Positions 63,741 through 64,000 of a DNA stretch of 64,000 nt are shown here, one piece after another; within the stretch, counting starts at the first letter, position 1; each line of letters begins with the position of its first letter. Under the pieces are notes generated by a model, which worked only from the letters and a program-made list of their open reading frames with translations, had not been told where the DNA came from and ran no database searches. The stretch is from positions 72,961 to 136,960 of the forward strand of contig JABGQH010000004.1 in NCBI GenBank assembly GCA_018648865.1, written 5' to 3'. The stretch is from Candidatus Peregrinibacteria bacterium (GTDB taxonomy: Bacteria > Patescibacteriota > Gracilibacteria > Peribacterales > Peribacteraceae). The translations under genes were made by a program, and so were the position numbers.

Positions 63741-64000
63741 ATGGTACACATCGACATCACAGGCGCTATGGCAAGCGCCATTACACCAACAAGAGGCATA
63801 TCTGATCAAGAACTACAGAGTATTTCTACAGGACTAAAAAAATACGTAGAAGATTTTTTAGCAGAAAGAGAAAAAGGTGAGCACGCATGGTCTATGAATC
63901 CATATGATAAAAATATAATTCAGCAGGTAAAAGAAACTGCCGAAAGAGCAAAGTCAGAAAAAATTCAAACAGTAGTTTGGATAGGCATAGGAGGATCTGG
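63741..64000 (+). CDS. pgi: Glucose-6-phosphate isomerase, 3'-truncated by the window edge
   Basis: My own translation from ATG 63741 reads MVHIDITGAM...EHAWSMNPYD...VVWIGIGGSG, the PGI N-terminal region with the GIGGS motif. The frame is open to the window end and the ORF is absent from the supplied track. Confidence 0.65.
   Translation, partial: MVHIDITGAMASAITPTRGISDQELQSISTGLKKYVEDFLAEREKGEHAWSMNPYDKNIIQQVKETAERAKSEKIQTVVWIGIGGS

Noticed and set aside
1-64000. CRISPR arrays, rRNA genes, transposase/integrase genes, reverse transcriptase/DGR, and an alternative genetic code (UGA recoding).
   Set aside because: I found no regularly spaced repeat-spacer structure and no rRNA-like conserved stretches. 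No ORF carries DDE, tyrosine-recombinase or RT motifs. Conserved proteins are full length under the standard code, and some end at TGA (for example ruvB and the thiolase), which argues against UGA reassignment.

Overview
By eye this is an AT-rich, tightly packed bacterial chromosome segment. I support about 60 protein genes, one tRNA-Gly, and no rRNA or CRISPR array. Most genes are housekeeping: ruvA/ruvB, rplK/rplA, rpsA, rpmE, clpC, hrcA, gyrA, dnaX, glyA, trpS, dcd, dus, rsmI, yidD, maf and uppS. Several features suggest a reduced-genome, uncultivated, Patescibacteria/CPR-like bacterium using the standard genetic code. These are PrgI/VirB4/T4CP-like and pilin-like genes scattered among core genes, a DUF5652-like protein, archaeal-type mevalonate enzymes, a GH57/GH15 glycogen cluster, almost no Shine-Dalgarno sites, and lysine-rich tails on core proteins. 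The lineage assignment is an inference, not a search result.

The most notable locus is an eight-gene operon at 27557-34919: idi, uppS, mevalonate kinase, mevalonate-(di)phosphate decarboxylase, class I HMG-CoA reductase, archaeal-type HMG-CoA synthase, thiolase, and a final fusion gene. It has no recognisable phosphomevalonate or isopentenyl-phosphate kinase. The final gene fuses a DUF35 OB-fold scaffold domain to a divergent guanylate-kinase-like P-loop kinase, which is a candidate for the missing kinase step.

Other observations:
- A 32-nt array of YAAAGCT heptamers lies just 3' of four minus-strand genes.
- A two-ORFan cassette with its own promoter sits at the dcd 3' end, bracketed by a 28-bp duplication of that end.
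- Copies of the tRNA-Gly 3' end bracket another ORFan.
- A GC-rich nested-palindrome element occurs at two loci.
- CIRCE-like operators lie upstream of hrcA and, unusually, clpC.
- rsmI has its only ATG one nucleotide out of frame.
- A csp gene has a rare strong SD site that predicts a Phe/Tyr-rich N-terminal extension.

All functional calls come from reading motifs in the supplied translations. No database search was run.
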